Source: Clostridia bacterium
GTDB taxonomy: Bacteria; Bacillota; Clostridia; Oscillospirales; JAAYXM01
Assembly: GCA_017559855.1 (NCBI GenBank)
Contig: JAFYQP010000040.1
Coordinates: forward strand, 1-54,328
DNA length: 54,328 nucleotides
Direction: 5' to 3'
Below the pieces are notes generated by a model, which did not search any database, was not told the origin of the DNA, and saw only the letters and a list, made by a program, of their open reading frames with translations. Positions 21,347 to 30,830 of this stretch are shown piece after piece (the first letter of the stretch is position 1; each line of letters begins with the position of its first letter). The translations under genes and the position numbers were made by a program.

Positions 21347-21888
21347 TATCCGTAGGCAAGACCGAAAAGCCCTGCACCGAGAATGACAAATATAACATTT
21401 ACGTTAAAGAAGTATGCAATGACGAAAGATAGAAGCATAATTGCAATGGAATATGGGTTTTTCTTCTTGAAAATGCCAAGTGCCATAGTTAAAACAACGT
21501 CGCAAATTACCGCCGCAACACCAGCCTGCATACCGTAAAGGACCGCAGCAACGTACTCGTTGGTACTGAATGCAGCATATGCCATTGCAAGGATGGAGAT
21601 AATGATAAGAGGAGGCAAAACCGTTCCCAGAATACTTGCAAGAGCACCCCATACACCGCCTATACGGTATCCGATAATAATGGATGCGTTTACCGCAATG
21701 GGGCCGGGGGCGGATTGGGCAATTGCTACCAGATCAAGCATTTCCTCTTCTTCTACCCATTTTAACTTTTCCACAAAGCGTTTTTGCATAAGAGGTACTA
21801 TTACATACCCGCCGCCGAAGGTGAAGGCACTTAACGTAAAGGTAGACCAAAAGAGTTTTAAGTATGTTTTAAGTGATAGTTGTTTCAT
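21319..21888 (-). CDS. chromate transporter family protein (ChrA half-size, N-terminal partner)
   Basis: 189 aa with the FTFGGGYVIVPLMQ motif. It overlaps the downstream half-size gene by 28 nt, the usual paired arrangement. Confidence 0.85.
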   Translation of the reverse strand: MKQLSLKTYLKLFWSTFTLSAFTFGGGYVIVPLMQKRFVEKLKWVEEEEMLDLVAIAQSAPGPIAVNASIIIGYRIGGVWGALASILGTVLPPLIIISILAMAYAAFSTNEYVAAVLYGMQAGVAAVICDVVLTMALGIFKKKNPYSIAIMLLSFVIAYFFNVNVIFVILGAGLFGLAYGYWGKRGHAK

Positions 21889-21905
21889 AGTAAATCACCT
21901 GCCAA

Positions 21906-22625
21906 TTAAATAACAAAACCGCCGTTTACACCGATGATCTGTCCCGTGATGAAGGACGCCTTATCCGATGCTAAAAAGAGGGCTGCATTTGCGATATCCT
22001 CAGGCGTACCGAGACGGGAAAGCGGGGTTTCTTCAATAAGTGCGGAGATATCAGCCTCGTTGTAGCAGTTTAGCATATCGGTTTTTATAACGCCGGGTGA
22101 GATTGCATTGACACGAATACCTGACGGAGCAACCTCTTTTGCAAGTGCCTTTGTAAAGCCGATAAGACCTGCTTTTGCGGTGGAATAAGCCACCTCGCAG
22201 GAGGCACCGACCTGTCCCCACATGGAGGAAATGTTTATGATACATCCGGCTTTTTTTGAAATCATATTCGGAAGCACCCGACGGGCGGTGTAGAATGAAC
22301 CGCTTAAATTAACGCCGAGCATCATTCTCCACGCATCGTCGCTTACGTCTGTAATAAGTGTATCTTCTGCAATTCCTGCGTTATTTATCAGTATATCAAT
22401 ATTTCCTAATTTCGACTCGATCTCATCTATCATTTGATTTACCTGATTTGAGTCTGAAATGTCGGCACATACGGCAATACCGCCGCAGAGATTTGCTATA
22501 TTTTCCGCAGAATCACGGTTTTTATTGTAGTGTACCGCAACACGATAGCCTTCTTTTGCAAAAAGTGTTGCACAGGCGGCACCGATTCCTCGTGAAGCAC
22601 CTGTAATAAGAACAACGGGAGCCAT
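21906..22625 (-). CDS. SDR family oxidoreductase (FabG-like)
   Basis: 239 aa with TGASRGIG (cofactor site), NNAG, and Y-x3-K (YSTAKAG). Confidence 0.88.
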   Translation of the reverse strand: MAPVVLITGASRGIGAACATLFAKEGYRVAVHYNKNRDSAENIANLCGGIAVCADISDSNQVNQMIDEIESKLGNIDILINNAGIAEDTLITDVSDDAWRMMLGVNLSGSFYTARRVLPNMISKKAGCIINISSMWGQVGASCEVAYSTAKAGLIGFTKALAKEVAPSGIRVNAISPGVIKTDMLNCYNEADISALIEETPLSRLGTPEDIANAALFLASDKASFITGQIIGVNGGFVI

Positions 22626-22728
22626 AAAATCACCTTCCGTAACTTATAGTACCAATTGCGGAGTTAAAAATCAAGTGTATAAAAAAGAAACTGCCGTAAA
22701 AACTTAATTTTACAGGCAGGTGTTTTTT

Positions 22729-23172
22729 ATGAAAATGAGTAAAAAAGAATACGGCAAAATGGCAGAGAAAACTGCGGAAAAGTCCCCGCTTTTAAAAGAT
22801 TGCATTAAGGCATTTGTGATAGGAGGGGCGATTTGTGCCGTGGGCGAGGTTTTCTTGGAGATTTATAAGGAACTTGGAAGCACCTTCGATATGGCGGCGG
22901 CTTTTACGTCGGTTACTCTGATTGGCATATCCGCACTTCTTACGGGACTTGGGTTATACGATAAAATTGCAAAACACGCAGGGGCGGGGACGTTGGTACC
23001 CATAACCGGGTTTGCAAATTCCATTGTCGCCTCTGCACTTGAATTTAAAAGTGAAGGGTTTATCTTGGGAATGTGTGCAAAAATGTTTGCAATAGCGGGA
23101 CCTGTAATTGTGTACGGAACAACCGCAAGTTTTGTTTATGGAATTATTTATTGGTTTATGTTGATGTTATAA
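22729..23172 (+). CDS. spoVAC: stage V sporulation protein AC
   Basis: The sequence MKMSKKEYGKMAEKTAEKSPLLKDCIKAFVIGGAICAVGE... is typical of SpoVAC (about 150 aa, 4 TM segments). Confidence 0.88.
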   Translation: MKMSKKEYGKMAEKTAEKSPLLKDCIKAFVIGGAICAVGEVFLEIYKELGSTFDMAAAFTSVTLIGISALLTGLGLYDKIAKHAGAGTLVPITGFANSIVASALEFKSEGFILGMCAKMFAIAGPVIVYGTTASFVYGIIYWFMLML

Positions 23173-23176
23173 GGGG

Positions 23177-23284
23177 CTAGGTTCTGCAAATGTAAAAAGC
23201 GGAATGTTTATGATAATTAAATGCCAGAATGAGTGCCACGGCAATGAGGCTTATGTAGGAGAAAATATTTTTGATTTTAGTCAT
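23177..23284 (-). CDS. possible 35-aa hydrophobic peptide
   Basis: AGAGGTG followed by 6 nt precedes the ATG at 23284 (MTKIKNIFSYISLIAVALILAFNYHKHSAFYICRT). It is below the ORF-track cutoff and has no homology evidence. Confidence 0.3.
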   Translation of the reverse strand: MTKIKNIFSYISLIAVALILAFNYHKHSAFYICRT

Positions 23285-23324
23285 ATAAATCACCTCTTGC
23301 AGATTATAACATAAGGCGGAAAAA

Positions 23325-24146
23325 TTACAAGGCTTTTTTCATGTATTCATTGGGGTTGATACCCATGATTTTCTTGAAAGTCCTGGTTAAAACCAAAGGA
23401 TCATAACCAACTGAATTTGCAACCGATGAAACCGTAGCCTGCGGCAATTTCAAAAGTTCGCAGGCGGCCTTTATTCGAAGTTGTGCAAGATACTCCTGAG
23501 GAGAAAGGCCGGTTTTGGTTTTAAATATGCTGTAGAGATAACTGCGATTAAGTCCGATGTTTTTTGCAATGGTGTCTACACGTAGATCTTTTTCCGCATA
23601 GTGGATGTTCATATAGTGAATAGTGCGTGAGACGTAGTCCTCCTGAGTATTTCTGCTTTCCACGTCAAGGTCGTGGGATTTAACGTAGGCAAGTTCTGCA
23701 AAAAAATCGAAAAGTTTACTTCCGAGCAGAATGTTTTTAAGACGACCATGAGCGTCAGCGGTTTGGAATATTTCACGTATGATTACGGGGATTCGACTCT
23801 CCTTACAACCGCAGATAATAGGATTTTGGGGAGTTATATTAAGTTCCGCCATAAAATCAAAGGCACTTTTCCCGTTAAAATAAAGCCATGAAAAACGCCA
23901 GGCATCGTCCCCGACAACCTCGATTCGACTCTCACCCGTGAATGAAACAATGCAGTCGCCTGCCCTAACATTAAATCGGTTTCCGTTTATTTCAAAATAA
24001 CCGCTACCGCTATGGCAATACTGAATTAAGAGTGAACGTGTAATGACAGGACCGTGTGTGTAATTGCTGAAAACTTTAGCATCTTCACCATATGATTCTA
24101 AGGTAAGGGAAAAGGTTGATATGGGCTCTAATGGATTAAAATCCAT
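23325..24146 (-). CDS. AraC family transcriptional regulator (cupin sensor + HTH)
   Basis: GAGGTGA followed by 4 nt precedes the ATG at 24146 (MDFNPLEP...). C-terminal AraC HTH (NRSYLYSIFKTKTGLSPQEYLAQLRIKAA...). Divergent from the oxidoreductase-MFS pair. Confidence 0.85.
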   Translation of the reverse strand: MDFNPLEPISTFSLTLESYGEDAKVFSNYTHGPVITRSLLIQYCHSGSGYFEINGNRFNVRAGDCIVSFTGESRIEVVGDDAWRFSWLYFNGKSAFDFMAELNITPQNPIICGCKESRIPVIIREIFQTADAHGRLKNILLGSKLFDFFAELAYVKSHDLDVESRNTQEDYVSRTIHYMNIHYAEKDLRVDTIAKNIGLNRSYLYSIFKTKTGLSPQEYLAQLRIKAACELLKLPQATVSSVANSVGYDPLVLTRTFKKIMGINPNEYMKKAL

Positions 24147-24253
24147 TTTATCACCTCGCAAAAATCTAACATTTAGTATGGTGATGCTAACATATAAGTA
24201 TTGTTTTGTCAAGAGGAATGTGTTATTCTCAAACCATAAAGGAGGCGGGAATT

Positions 24254-25315
24254 GTGAAAAAATACAAAGTTGGTATGGTAGGCGTTGGTCGCGGCACCGC
24301 GTATGGCCACATTTTTACACATCATCCGGATACGGAGGTTGTGGCACTTTGTGACTTTAATGAGGAAAGTCTTGAACAAAACGGCAAGGAATTCGGTATT
24401 GACGACAAGCACCTGTTCTTAAATTATGAGGATATGTTAAATGACGATATTGACATAGTTGTTTTGGGTACGCCCATCCCGTTCCACGCAGACCAGACTG
24501 TTAAAGGTTTAGCGGCGGGAAAGCACATCCTCTGCGAGGTTACCGCCTCGGATAATCTGAAAGACTGTCAGCGTATGGTCGATGCGGTGAGATCGGCCAA
24601 AACTAAGTTTATGATGGCTGAAAACGTAAACTATATGGATTTTGCACTTCAGTGGGATAAATACATAAAAGCGGGAAAAATCGGGACCCCGTTCTACGCA
24701 GAGGCAGACTATCTCCACGAAATTCGTGACAAAGTAGACGGTAAATGGCGTGCAAACCGTGCCCCGCTCCACTACTGTTCACACAGTTTAGGCCCGATTC
24801 TTAAATGGATGGACGACCACATCGTTCGTTGTACGGCACTTGGCAATGAGTCACGCTGTTTTGAAAACAAAACTATCGGAAATATTGACCTTCAGGTAGC
24901 CCTTTTTGAAACCGCAAAGGGTGCTACGATTAAGGTTGCACGTTCATCTGTTGCCCGTCGTTATCCCGGAAGCGGATTTTACAGTATTCTCGGTACAAAG
25001 GGTTATTTGGAGAGCAGTCGCGAGGGTTACGAGGGAACCGGACTTCGCTATTTTGAGGGTATTGATCCGGAGAAAACCGCAAGAAAGATTGCCATCCCTA
25101 CATCTAACCTTGACGCTCCGCCTGAGGCAAATGCAGGAGGTCACGGCACAAGCGAGTATTATCTTGTTTATGATTTCTTAAAGTGTATTGAGGAGGATAC
25201 GACTCCGCCTATCGACATTGTCCGTGCGATGGACATGACCGTTCCGGGCCTTATTGCACATGAAGCGGCAATGAAGGGCGGCGTGTGGCTGGACGTTCCG
25301 AGAATTACGGACTAA
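24254..25315 (+). CDS. Gfo/Idh/MocA family oxidoreductase
   Basis: An AAAGGAGG RBS favours the GTG at 24254 (VKKYKVGMVGVGRGTAYG, a Rossmann N-terminus). Confidence 0.85.
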   Translation: MKKYKVGMVGVGRGTAYGHIFTHHPDTEVVALCDFNEESLEQNGKEFGIDDKHLFLNYEDMLNDDIDIVVLGTPIPFHADQTVKGLAAGKHILCEVTASDNLKDCQRMVDAVRSAKTKFMMAENVNYMDFALQWDKYIKAGKIGTPFYAEADYLHEIRDKVDGKWRANRAPLHYCSHSLGPILKWMDDHIVRCTALGNESRCFENKTIGNIDLQVALFETAKGATIKVARSSVARRYPGSGFYSILGTKGYLESSREGYEGTGLRYFEGIDPEKTARKIAIPTSNLDAPPEANAGGHGTSEYYLVYDFLKCIEEDTTPPIDIVRAMDMTVPGLIAHEAAMKGGVWLDVPRITD

Positions 25316-25319
25316 TAGG

Positions 25320-26582
25320 ATGATAAATTCGAGAAAGAGTTCTAAGTTAAATAAGGAAAAGGCAAGTGCGTTGCTATTTATCGCTTGTTGGATTGCATAT
25401 GCGGCTATATGCCTTAGTAAGAATGCGTATTCTGCGTCTATTGCATCCATTGTGCAAGAGGGAATTTTAAACAAACCAAATGCAGGGCTGATAAACGCTG
25501 CGTATTGGGCGGTTTACGGAACTGCACAACTTATAGGTGTCAAACTTATTGACCGAATATCACCTGTGCATTTTATAACGATGGCACTTGCCGGAACTGC
25601 ACTTGTAAATATTGGAATGGCCAATGCAAACTCCTTTGGTGAGATGCTGATTTTATGGAGTATTTGCGGTCTTTTGCAGTTTGCAACTTGGCCTGCAATC
25701 GTAAGGATTATTGTGGAGCACCTTGTTGATGAGCACAAGCAAAGGGCAATGGTGTTTATATCCTTTGCCCAATGTGCAGGACTGCTCATAAATTATTTGA
25801 GTGCCGCTGTGGTATTGCAATTTGCCGGATGGAACGTTATATTCATAACCTCGGTGTTTGTAATTTCAGCAGTTCTTTTGTTCTGGCTTTTTGTAACGAG
25901 AAGAAGTATGAAGTTTCTTTCGAAAACAGAGAAAACAGAAGAATTCGCTCAAAACACAGAAGAAGCAAAGACAAAAGATGTAAAATTGGGAAGGTTAATA
26001 CTCTCAAGCGGATGCTTGTTTCTTTTAATCCCGTCATTCGTGCGCGCCGCAATGGATAACGGTATAAAGACATGGGTACCCACTATGATAACCGAAAGTT
26101 ACGGCGTGTCGGCAAGTTTTTCGAATATTCTGACCATGGTGCTTTTGGTGGTAAACTTAAGCGGAGTTTTTATTTGTTCGTTTTTGTATCCCAAGAGGAT
26201 AAAAAACGTAGTAGTTGCTTTTGCACTGTGCTTTGCGACGGTAATTCCCATGACTGCAACGCTTCTCTTTATTGGGCGGATCCCCCTTGCATTAGTGGTT
26301 GCACTCCTTGCGGGAGTAACCACAATGATGTATGCAGGGTACCAGATGAATTACGTCATAATTCCTGCCAGTTTTTCAAACTACGGAAAATCCGGTAGTG
26401 TGGCCAGCGTACTAAACGCCATTGCGTCCCTTGGTGTTCTGGGTGCAAGTTACGGCTTCGGATTCTTGGCCGAGCATACAGGTTGGACAGGCACTATTAC
26501 CGCGTGGATAATTATGGCTACGATTGCAATGATTTTCTGCCTGATAGGTAGCAGAAAATGGGGGAAATTTGCAAGAAAATAA
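25320..26582 (+). CDS. MFS transporter
   Basis: 420 aa with about 12 predicted TM segments and a central hydrophilic loop. Starts 5 nt after the oxidoreductase gene. Confidence 0.8.
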   Translation: MINSRKSSKLNKEKASALLFIACWIAYAAICLSKNAYSASIASIVQEGILNKPNAGLINAAYWAVYGTAQLIGVKLIDRISPVHFITMALAGTALVNIGMANANSFGEMLILWSICGLLQFATWPAIVRIIVEHLVDEHKQRAMVFISFAQCAGLLINYLSAAVVLQFAGWNVIFITSVFVISAVLLFWLFVTRRSMKFLSKTEKTEEFAQNTEEAKTKDVKLGRLILSSGCLFLLIPSFVRAAMDNGIKTWVPTMITESYGVSASFSNILTMVLLVVNLSGVFICSFLYPKRIKNVVVAFALCFATVIPMTATLLFIGRIPLALVVALLAGVTTMMYAGYQMNYVIIPASFSNYGKSGSVASVLNAIASLGVLGASYGFGFLAEHTGWTGTITAWIIMATIAMIFCLIGSRKWGKFARK

Positions 26583-26597
26583 AAATTAAAGCCTTGG

Positions 26598-27455
26598 CTA
26601 TGCCAAGGCTTTTCCTATTTCTTCATTCATTTTTATCGGGGTTTCAAGAGCGTTTTTTGTGTTCTCAAAGAGAAATTCGGGGATTTGAATGTTCTTCTCC
26701 AAAAGAAGAATTACCGTACTGCCACCGTATAAAAACATCCCCTTTTCATCTCCGCGGGTTATACTGCACTTGCCGTGATGATTTTTGATTTTTCCAACAA
26801 GCATAGCACCAACTTCCATCTGGACAATTTTTCCCAGATGCTCACTTTCCATAACCGTATACTCACGGCAGTTACGTGAAAAAACGGGGAGTGATGCGAG
26901 TGCAATAGGTCTCACGGTGTGAAGTTTTCCGGGGATGAAGATGTTATCACCTTTAACGCCGTTTACCGGATACCCGTAACGGTGATAATGGTTTACGCAA
27001 AGGCGGAATACAAGGCAAGTGCCACCTTTGAAATGTGCTGCAAGTTCACGGTTTTCCAAAAGGTCACACACAGAATATGCACTCTGTTTTATCGGTATTA
27101 TCTCGTCTCCCGTGATGCGGTATGCGGAAAGAAGTCCGTCGCAAGGAGAGATGAGAGAGTTAAGCGATGCGTCAATAGGACGGAGCCCATCTTTTATTTT
27201 GCGGACAAAACAGTCGTTAAAACATCTGAAATTATCCGATTCATAATCATTTAAATCAATGTTATTGTTTTTTACAAAAGGTTTAATTAAAAAACGGGAG
27301 CAAGATGAGTCTAAAAACTTGCCGCAAATAATGGAAAGCGGACGAGAAATAAGAAATTTAAGCAGAATTCGCCCTAAAAAATTGTGATATAAAAAGTTGA
27401 GAAAACCGCCGTCTTTCTCCGGAGGGATACCGTCACGATGTGTAATAATAGCCAT
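26598..27455 (-). CDS. psd: phosphatidylserine decarboxylase proenzyme
   Basis: 285 aa with a C-terminal GGST self-cleavage motif (FLYGGSTVILL). Immediately downstream of pssA. Confidence 0.88.
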   Translation of the reverse strand: MAIITHRDGIPPEKDGGFLNFLYHNFLGRILLKFLISRPLSIICGKFLDSSCSRFLIKPFVKNNNIDLNDYESDNFRCFNDCFVRKIKDGLRPIDASLNSLISPCDGLLSAYRITGDEIIPIKQSAYSVCDLLENRELAAHFKGGTCLVFRLCVNHYHRYGYPVNGVKGDNIFIPGKLHTVRPIALASLPVFSRNCREYTVMESEHLGKIVQMEVGAMLVGKIKNHHGKCSITRGDEKGMFLYGGSTVILLLEKNIQIPEFLFENTKNALETPIKMNEEIGKALA

Positions 27456-27464
27456 AAAAATTAC

Positions 27465-28154
27465 CTACTTACTCAATATGAAAATGCCGACGGCAATGCA
27501 TTCGATAAGGCATATTCCGATGGTGATAAGAATACCTTTAAAACTCATCTTCGGGATACGGAATTTTAAAAGGAAACAAAGTCCGGTAATAAGAAGCACG
27601 GGCATATAGAGGAAAGAAAGGTCTGCGGGGATTAAATACTGCACAAGCATAAGAGTAGGGAAGATAACAGCAGAAGACGTTACAGGAAGACCTGTGTAAA
27701 ACTTTCTGACGCCACCCTCGCTTTTTTGTCTGGTTTCCTCCGCAACGTTAAAGTGTGCAAGACGGATAAGTGCCGCCAAAACATAAAAAAGTGCAATCAA
27801 GGCAAAAGGAATTTTGACATACCAATAGGATAAGTCAGAATCAAACAAGGAAACAGAGCTTGCAAAAGGTGCTACCTTGAGACATGCAATGCCAATACAA
27901 GCGGGAAGAACGCCGAATGCAACAAGGTCGGCAAGAGAATCAATCTGAATACCGAAACGCTTTTCTTCATCGGTTCTGTTCTTCTTTGTTCGTGCAACTA
28001 TTCCGTCAAAAGCATCCAGAAGACCGCTGAAAAGCAGGAAGAAAATGCCGATATAAGGATGCCCGGTGCCGCTTAAGGATAAAACGATACCGCAAAAGGC
28101 GGAGATGAGCGATAAATACGTTAAAACTACTGTGTAATCATAAACGCCAATCAT
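27465..28154 (-). CDS. pssA: CDP-diacylglycerol--serine O-phosphatidyltransferase
   Basis: 229 aa with the CDP-alcohol phosphatidyltransferase motif DGIVAR...G..IDSLADLVAFG. Confidence 0.88.
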   Translation of the reverse strand: MIGVYDYTVVLTYLSLISAFCGIVLSLSGTGHPYIGIFFLLFSGLLDAFDGIVARTKKNRTDEEKRFGIQIDSLADLVAFGVLPACIGIACLKVAPFASSVSLFDSDLSYWYVKIPFALIALFYVLAALIRLAHFNVAEETRQKSEGGVRKFYTGLPVTSSAVIFPTLMLVQYLIPADLSFLYMPVLLITGLCFLLKFRIPKMSFKGILITIGICLIECIAVGIFILSK

Positions 28155-28280
28155 AAAAATACCCCATTTTGCTTTTTTTATAAAGCGTATTCACAACGCA
28201 AATTATTACAATTCCATTTTAAGTATTATAGCACAAATTAAAGTATAAGTAAAGATAAAAAGTAAATGCGGCCGGGCTTA

Positions 28281-28394
28281 GGGAGAAATTGGTTTTGAAC
28301 TTATCTTTTCCGCCAATAGTGCATCAAAAAATCAGGCAATACGTCAGCATTGCCTGATTTTATTCTTTCTCTTGACGAAAAATGCCTCTTTCAA
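28281..28394. repeat. ~115-nt repeat copy A (contains a bidirectional terminator hairpin)
   Basis: Near-identical to 54207..54321. The hairpin is AATCAGGCAAT/ATTGCCTGATT (28329-28359), with A6 upstream and a T-run downstream. Confidence 0.85.
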
Positions 28395-28435
28395 GCGTTT
28401 TATCCCTGTGCCAACCGCCTTATGCCCCTTGTTTT

Positions 28436-29908
28436 TTATTTCGTATATAAGTTGCGTAAAGTGCGGTAAAGTTCGTATTTTTTATCGTAAATCTCTTTGA
28501 GTTCAGGGTTCGGCAGATAGGATTTTCCGTATTGGAAGAAATCTTTCGCCACGTGGAAAACCGATGTGTTCTCACTTGCGGCAAAGCCTAAAATTGCACT
28601 GCCCATAGCACCGGTTTCATCCGCCTTGACGGGAATGATTTCGCAGCCTAAAATATCCGCTTTTATCTGAAGCCAGGGTGCACTCTTTGCACCGCCGCCG
28701 CAGGCAAAAAGTCTGTCGAACCGAATGCCGCCATCATTTAATTTTTCCTGATTATATCGCATTTCAAGGGTGATTCCCTCAAGCACCGCACGATAAATAT
28801 CGGGAAGTCTTGTGTTGGTGGTAAGACCTGCGATAAGACCTGTTGCATTGGCGTCAACCTCAGGAGTGCCGCCCATACCCTGCAGGAACGGGAGGACGAT
28901 AAGAACACTCGGCGTATCGGGACAAGTGTCGTCCATATAAGCGTAGATGCTCTTTCCTGCATCTTTTGCAGCATTTAAAAGAGCGTCCTCAAAACAATCT
29001 CTGAACCAACGGACAACCGAGCCTGCGGAAATATTATACGCATAGGTAACAAAGCCGGCATTTCCTAAATAGGGGACGCAGGCGAAGTGATTTTTTGCAA
29101 ATTCCGCATTTTCAGGAATTTTGTCGAAAAGAGGAGTTACACACTCGCAGGTTCCTGAGGTGTCAACCGCGTCACCGGTATTTAAAACACCTGCACCGAG
29201 AGCATTTACAATCTGGTCGTGACCGCCAACGATGATGGGGGTGTCGGAGGGAAGTCCTAATTCTTCTGCAAGATTCGGAAGGATTTTCCCTACAACCGAG
29301 CCGGTTTCAACCACGTCCGGAAGTTCGGACAAAGAGATGCCGGTCTTTTCAAGAAGTTCATCGGACCAGGTGCGTTTTTCCACGTCAAAGAGCAGACTGC
29401 GACAAGCGAGAGAAACGTCGGTTGCAGTCTCACCTGAAAGTACGTAGGTAATATAGGTCGCTACAAAAAGGAATTTCCATACGGGTTTTTCGGCAATTTC
29501 CTTGGTGTAGAGCATATTGGCGAGGGAAAAAGAGGGATCGGGCAGGATTTTTGCAATTTTAACAAAGGTATCCTTACCGATACCATCTATTATTCGGTCA
29601 AAAGATGTGGTGTCGTGGTTTCCGAAGTAAAGGAGAATATCACCCACCGGAACACCGTCAACGTCTAGTGCCACAAAAGATTCACCGAAGGATGCAACCG
29701 TGATTGCACAGACCTTTTTCGGGTCAATTTTCTTCAAACACTCACCGAGGACAAAAAGAACGCTGTCTCTTAGTATCTGCGGGGGCAGAGTTGTGGTGCC
29801 GGAGGGGAGTGCATACTCCTTATATGCTTTTGCGTGTTGCACACCGTCACGGGTGAATGCAACGCATTTGCAACCGGTACCTCCGATATCTATACCAAGG
29901 CTGTACAT
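28436..29908 (-). CDS. FGGY-family carbohydrate kinase
   Basis: AAGGAGG followed by 7 nt precedes the ATG at 29908 (MYSLGIDIGGTGCK...). Has the FGGY C-terminal motif region (LFACGGGAKSAPWLQIKADI). Confidence 0.88.
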   Translation of the reverse strand: MYSLGIDIGGTGCKCVAFTRDGVQHAKAYKEYALPSGTTTLPPQILRDSVLFVLGECLKKIDPKKVCAITVASFGESFVALDVDGVPVGDILLYFGNHDTTSFDRIIDGIGKDTFVKIAKILPDPSFSLANMLYTKEIAEKPVWKFLFVATYITYVLSGETATDVSLACRSLLFDVEKRTWSDELLEKTGISLSELPDVVETGSVVGKILPNLAEELGLPSDTPIIVGGHDQIVNALGAGVLNTGDAVDTSGTCECVTPLFDKIPENAEFAKNHFACVPYLGNAGFVTYAYNISAGSVVRWFRDCFEDALLNAAKDAGKSIYAYMDDTCPDTPSVLIVLPFLQGMGGTPEVDANATGLIAGLTTNTRLPDIYRAVLEGITLEMRYNQEKLNDGGIRFDRLFACGGGAKSAPWLQIKADILGCEIIPVKADETGAMGSAILGFAASENTSVFHVAKDFFQYGKSYLPNPELKEIYDKKYELYRTLRNLYTK

Positions 29909-29920
29909 ACACAAACCTCC

Positions 29921-30829
29921 TTATTTAAGTTTGGAGTGGTTTCCTGTTGTATGTAAGAAGTCGTGAATTACCCAACGGGTACGCTCGTAAACCTTCTGCT
30001 GTGCGTATGCAATATCACCGGGTTTTTCTTCAATTGCAAATTCATAGGGCTGACGAATTTCGGTACCTACGTTGATTTTTGCAATGCCGTTTGCAATAGC
30101 CTCTAAAATGAAACTCTGCTTAATACCGCTTCCGCCGTGGAGAACGAGGGGCATACCGCCGGTTGCCTTAAATAATGTTGCAATATGCTCGATATCAAGA
30201 CGTGCTTCAGGTTTCTTTAAGTGCTTGGTGGAGGATGCGATAGCACCGTGGAAACTGCCTGCTGCAACACTTAACCAATCGCAACCTGCCTCTTTTGCAA
30301 AGCGGGAAGCCTCTTCGGGAACGGTAAAGCCCTTCTTAGAAGTGAAGAGTTCCTCATAACTTAAACCGATACCGCTTCCCTCATGTCCGGAAACCGCACC
30401 GAGTTCAGCTTCGACCGCTGCACCGAATGAATGTGCAAGTTCGGCGGCTTTTGCGGTGGTTTCAATGTTCTCATCAAGGGATAAACGTGAGCCGTCAACC
30501 ATAACAGACTGATAACCTGCGTCAAGGGCACGTTTTAAAATCTCAATGTAGTCAACTTTGAGTTGATCCTCGTCGATAGCGGGAACGTGGTCTAAGTGCA
30601 GGAGAGTATAGCCCTCTTTGCAGTGCTTGAAGTATTCCTTTGCGACCGCTTCCGGACTCTGTGACTCGAATTTCTCCCACTCAAGACGTGCAACCTGCAC
30701 CATAGCGATGGAATCCTCGTCCTTAATAGCCTGAGTTACAGGCTCCACCATGGGAAGGTAGGGGATGTTGAATGCGGGAATGATTGTGCGTGCATCAAGT
30801 GCAGCCTTTACGATTTTTGCAGAACTCAT
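29921..30829 (-). CDS. class II fructose/tagatose-bisphosphate aldolase family protein
   Basis: 302 aa with LHLDH and PLVLHGGSG motifs of the FBA_II family. Confidence 0.85.
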   Translation of the reverse strand: MSSAKIVKAALDARTIIPAFNIPYLPMVEPVTQAIKDEDSIAMVQVARLEWEKFESQSPEAVAKEYFKHCKEGYTLLHLDHVPAIDEDQLKVDYIEILKRALDAGYQSVMVDGSRLSLDENIETTAKAAELAHSFGAAVEAELGAVSGHEGSGIGLSYEELFTSKKGFTVPEEASRFAKEAGCDWLSVAAGSFHGAIASSTKHLKKPEARLDIEHIATLFKATGGMPLVLHGGSGIKQSFILEAIANGIAKINVGTEIRQPYEFAIEEKPGDIAYAQQKVYERTRWVIHDFLHTTGNHSKLK

Positions 30830-30830
30830 A

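Noticed and set aside
20771-21888. Two half-size ChrA genes as a possible frameshifted pseudogene
   Set aside because: Each half has its own start and its own FGGGY-type motif, and the two overlap in different frames. Paired short-chain CHR genes are a well-known normal arrangement in Firmicutes.
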